Assembly: GCF_009914755.1 (NCBI RefSeq)
Contig: NC_060931.1
Source of the DNA: the human T2T-CHM13v2.0 reference genome, Homo sapiens
DNA: 64,000 nt
Strand: one strand, 5' to 3'
The position numbers and the translations under genes were made by a program. This document shows positions 61,161-64,000 of the stretch, one piece after another. The stretch's first letter is position 1; the number at the start of each line of letters is the position of its first letter. The notes beneath the pieces were generated by a model. The model searched no databases, had not been told where the DNA came from, and saw only the letters and a program-made list of their open reading frames with translations.

Positions 61161-61441
61161 TAGACCTGTGCTATTCAGTATGGTAGCCACTAGTTTTATG
61201 TGACTATTCAACACTTAAAGTGAAACTAGTTTCAAATTGAGATGTGTCATAAATGTAAAATATATGTTAGATTTTGAAATCTTATGAAAAAATGTAAAAT
61301 ATCTCATCATTTAAAAATATCAGTTCCATGTTGAAATTATAATGTGTTGGATCCATTGGGTTAAGCAAAATATATCATTAAAATTAATAAAATTGTTTAC
61401 CAATTCAGATTTAGATTACTGTCTAGATCTGGACAGTGCTT
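61161..61441 (+). mobile_element. MER33/MER3-like hAT-Charlie element
   Basis: gtgctattcagtatggtagccactag...aattgagatgtgtcataaatgtaaaatat...tggacagtgct. Confidence 0.7.
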
Positions 61442-62377
61442 ATATAGACAGTAATCTAATCACTACATGATTAGGACCTGGGTTATGGTAGTGTTTATAG
61501 AAAGGAAAGTAAGGAGTGATTTTTAAGAGATTATGCAGTATGCATGTATACTATATAATCTCTACTATATTCCAGGACATTTCACAGTTCTTGTATACTT
61601 CCATCATGGTTTTGTAATCAGTCGTAAGCTTTTTGAGGGCAAAGGTTTATGTCACTATTTGTATATCCTTCTCTGTATTTTGTCTTTTGCTGGGTGCATA
61701 GGAAGTCATTTGAACAAAGAAGAATTTAATAGGCTATCAAATATTTTGTTTGAAGTTTTAGAATGCAAATGAATGATCCCTAGAGTTATTATGCCCTTTA
61801 TTTAAATATCACAGTATCACCAAGTAGTCAGATTGAGTCATACTATTTTTAAAAGGAGCCAAGGGTAAGGGAACCAACATCTAGTCTTATGTATGCCAGG
61901 CTCTATGTAGTCATTTTATATATTTTTTCATTTAGTCCTTATAGTAACCATAATGAGGAAGGTATCAATTACCATTTACAGATTAGGAAACTGAGATCAA
62001 GTAATTTTTCTGTTACGCTGCTAATCCATAGATGCTCAATTTCAACACTGGCACTTTTCCATCGTAGCTTTTGCTTCACCTAAAGTTAGTTATTTTAAGT
62101 GATTTGAAATAAATTTAATATTTTGGTTGACACGAAGTGAAGAATACTTAGAATAAAATGTATAATGATACATTTTGACAATATGTATTTCATATTCAAT
62201 AAAAAGGGAAATTTAGAAATATTCCCCAAAACCTGAGAGGAAAAAGAAAAGGCATTATTTGTTCCTCATTCTGATTTTCTTTGTGTATTGTAATTCCAGA
62301 AATTTACCTATAGTTTGTGCAGATAAATGAAGTTGTAATTTTTTCATTTTAAATATTTCCTTTGTTTTGTCTTCCAG

Positions 62378-62494
62378 ATAAAATCAAAGACAAAATTAAA
62401 GAGAGAGACAAAGAAAAAGAGAGAGAAAAAAAGAAACATAAAGTAATGAATGAGATCAAGAAAGAGAATGGAGAAGTAAAGATTTTGCTGAAAA
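62378..62494 (+). CDS. RSBN1L: RSBN1L coding exon 2 (117 nt, phase 1-1; DKIKDKIKERDKEKEREKKKHKVMNEIKKENGEVKILLK)
   Basis: Acceptor tttcctttgttttgtcttccag|AT and donor AAAA|gtaagt. G from exon 1 + AT gives Asp, continuing the recognised protein ...PLPR-DKIKDK... Confidence 0.95.
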
Positions 62495-63707
62495 GTAAGT
62501 TTTATTCAGTGATTTTAGTTCTACTTTATTATACTGTTCAGTATCTTTATTGGCTAAGTGAATAAAATAAGAAATGTTATTTGGTGCTGAATTTTGCGGA
62601 GAATGAACAATGATGAGGAAATGAAAAGTAAATGTAACAACGGAGAGTTCTAATCTGTATGGTAACATGTCTTATAGTATATTTAGTGAGCCATTAAAAA
62701 GTTAAAAGGTTAAGCTTCGTTAAACTTAATTTCTTAAATTATTTTAAAATAAGTTAATTCTATGTTTGCATTACTAGTCTTACTCATATTTAGATAATCT
62801 AAAAGGAAGAAATTAAGAAAAATTGCCGAAGCAAGTTTTAGTATGATAGGGATGGTGAAGTAAGTGATCTTCTTAAAAATATTTGACTGTCATCACCATA
62901 CCATAGTCTAGCATTTAGAGGGAACATTTTACTCTGAGCTAAATCAGAAGCGGTATGTTTCTTGTATGTTTAAGAATATCCTTGTTTTATTCTTTTTTTT
63001 CTCTGTTACAGTTGCATTCATTTGCTGTTTATATATGAGGGTGGGGTGGAGAGAAGAATTTGGGGGGTAGGTGGTTGGGTAATAAGTATACTGCAAATCC
63101 TGTCAATAAGTCTGAACTTGTAAAGAGAGAATTTGTGGTAGAATAGACGTAAGGATAGTCTTAAATTCACTCAGATGTCAAGGTAAGAAGAATCCGTGGC
63201 ATTCGGTTGCTAGACAACTAGCGAATTCACTAGCTAGCAAATTTACTAGTGCTATCATGTTGATAGTTGATGATGAGAATATGTTGACCTTGATTAACTT
63301 CATATTGAATTTAATTGTTGATAAGGCTTTATATTTGCTTGAGGGGGAAAGACCACGACACTGCATATGTAGCAAAATAACTGGTAGTTTATATTATCTA
63401 AGATAAAGAGTATTAGATTCTGTATTTTCATTGCATTCTTTGTCATGTTTTCAGATATTCGTTTTCTATTATCTACATGTCAGAACTTCATTTTCTACGA
63501 TATTCTTTCAACCTTGAAGAAATACGTCAGAGCTTAAGTTGATGGCTGCTTATTAGTTAATGCTCATGATCCTTTTGTTCTGTTTCTTTTGCCTGCATAT
63601 TCTATCTGTGTTGTCTAATTAGATTGTAAGCCTTTGAGGCAGGAATTGAATATAACCACACTAGTTATTTATAGCAGCTAGTGATGAATGCTTGAAAAGT
63701 CTGCTTA

Positions 63708-64000
<293 letters not shown>

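Overview
Human/primate, Alu-dense genomic DNA containing the 5' part of RSBN1L (round spermatid basic protein 1-like). I recognise the gene from the translated sequence; recalled location is 7q11.23. Coding exon 1 (22379-22964) lies in a CpG-island promoter. It is followed by a 39.4-kb repeat-filled intron 1 and a 117-nt exon 2 (62378-62494). The same promoter is expected to drive the minus-strand lncRNA APTR (RSBN1L-AS1), and candidate splice sites for it are visible to the left. The rest is mostly Alus (roughly 80 by eye), old L1/L2/MIR fragments, MaLR LTRs and hAT-type DNA transposon relics. Almost all ORFs in the supplied track are Alu or low-complexity artefacts. I see no evidence of a wholly new biological system. 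The best leads are a candidate poison exon 0.7 kb into intron 1, an apparent exon-level duplication of a basic/ENGEVK module between exons 1 and 2, a reconstructable Alu-Alu tandem duplication, and two L1MC copies carrying AluJ at the same position. Repeat boundaries and subfamilies are by-eye approximations.
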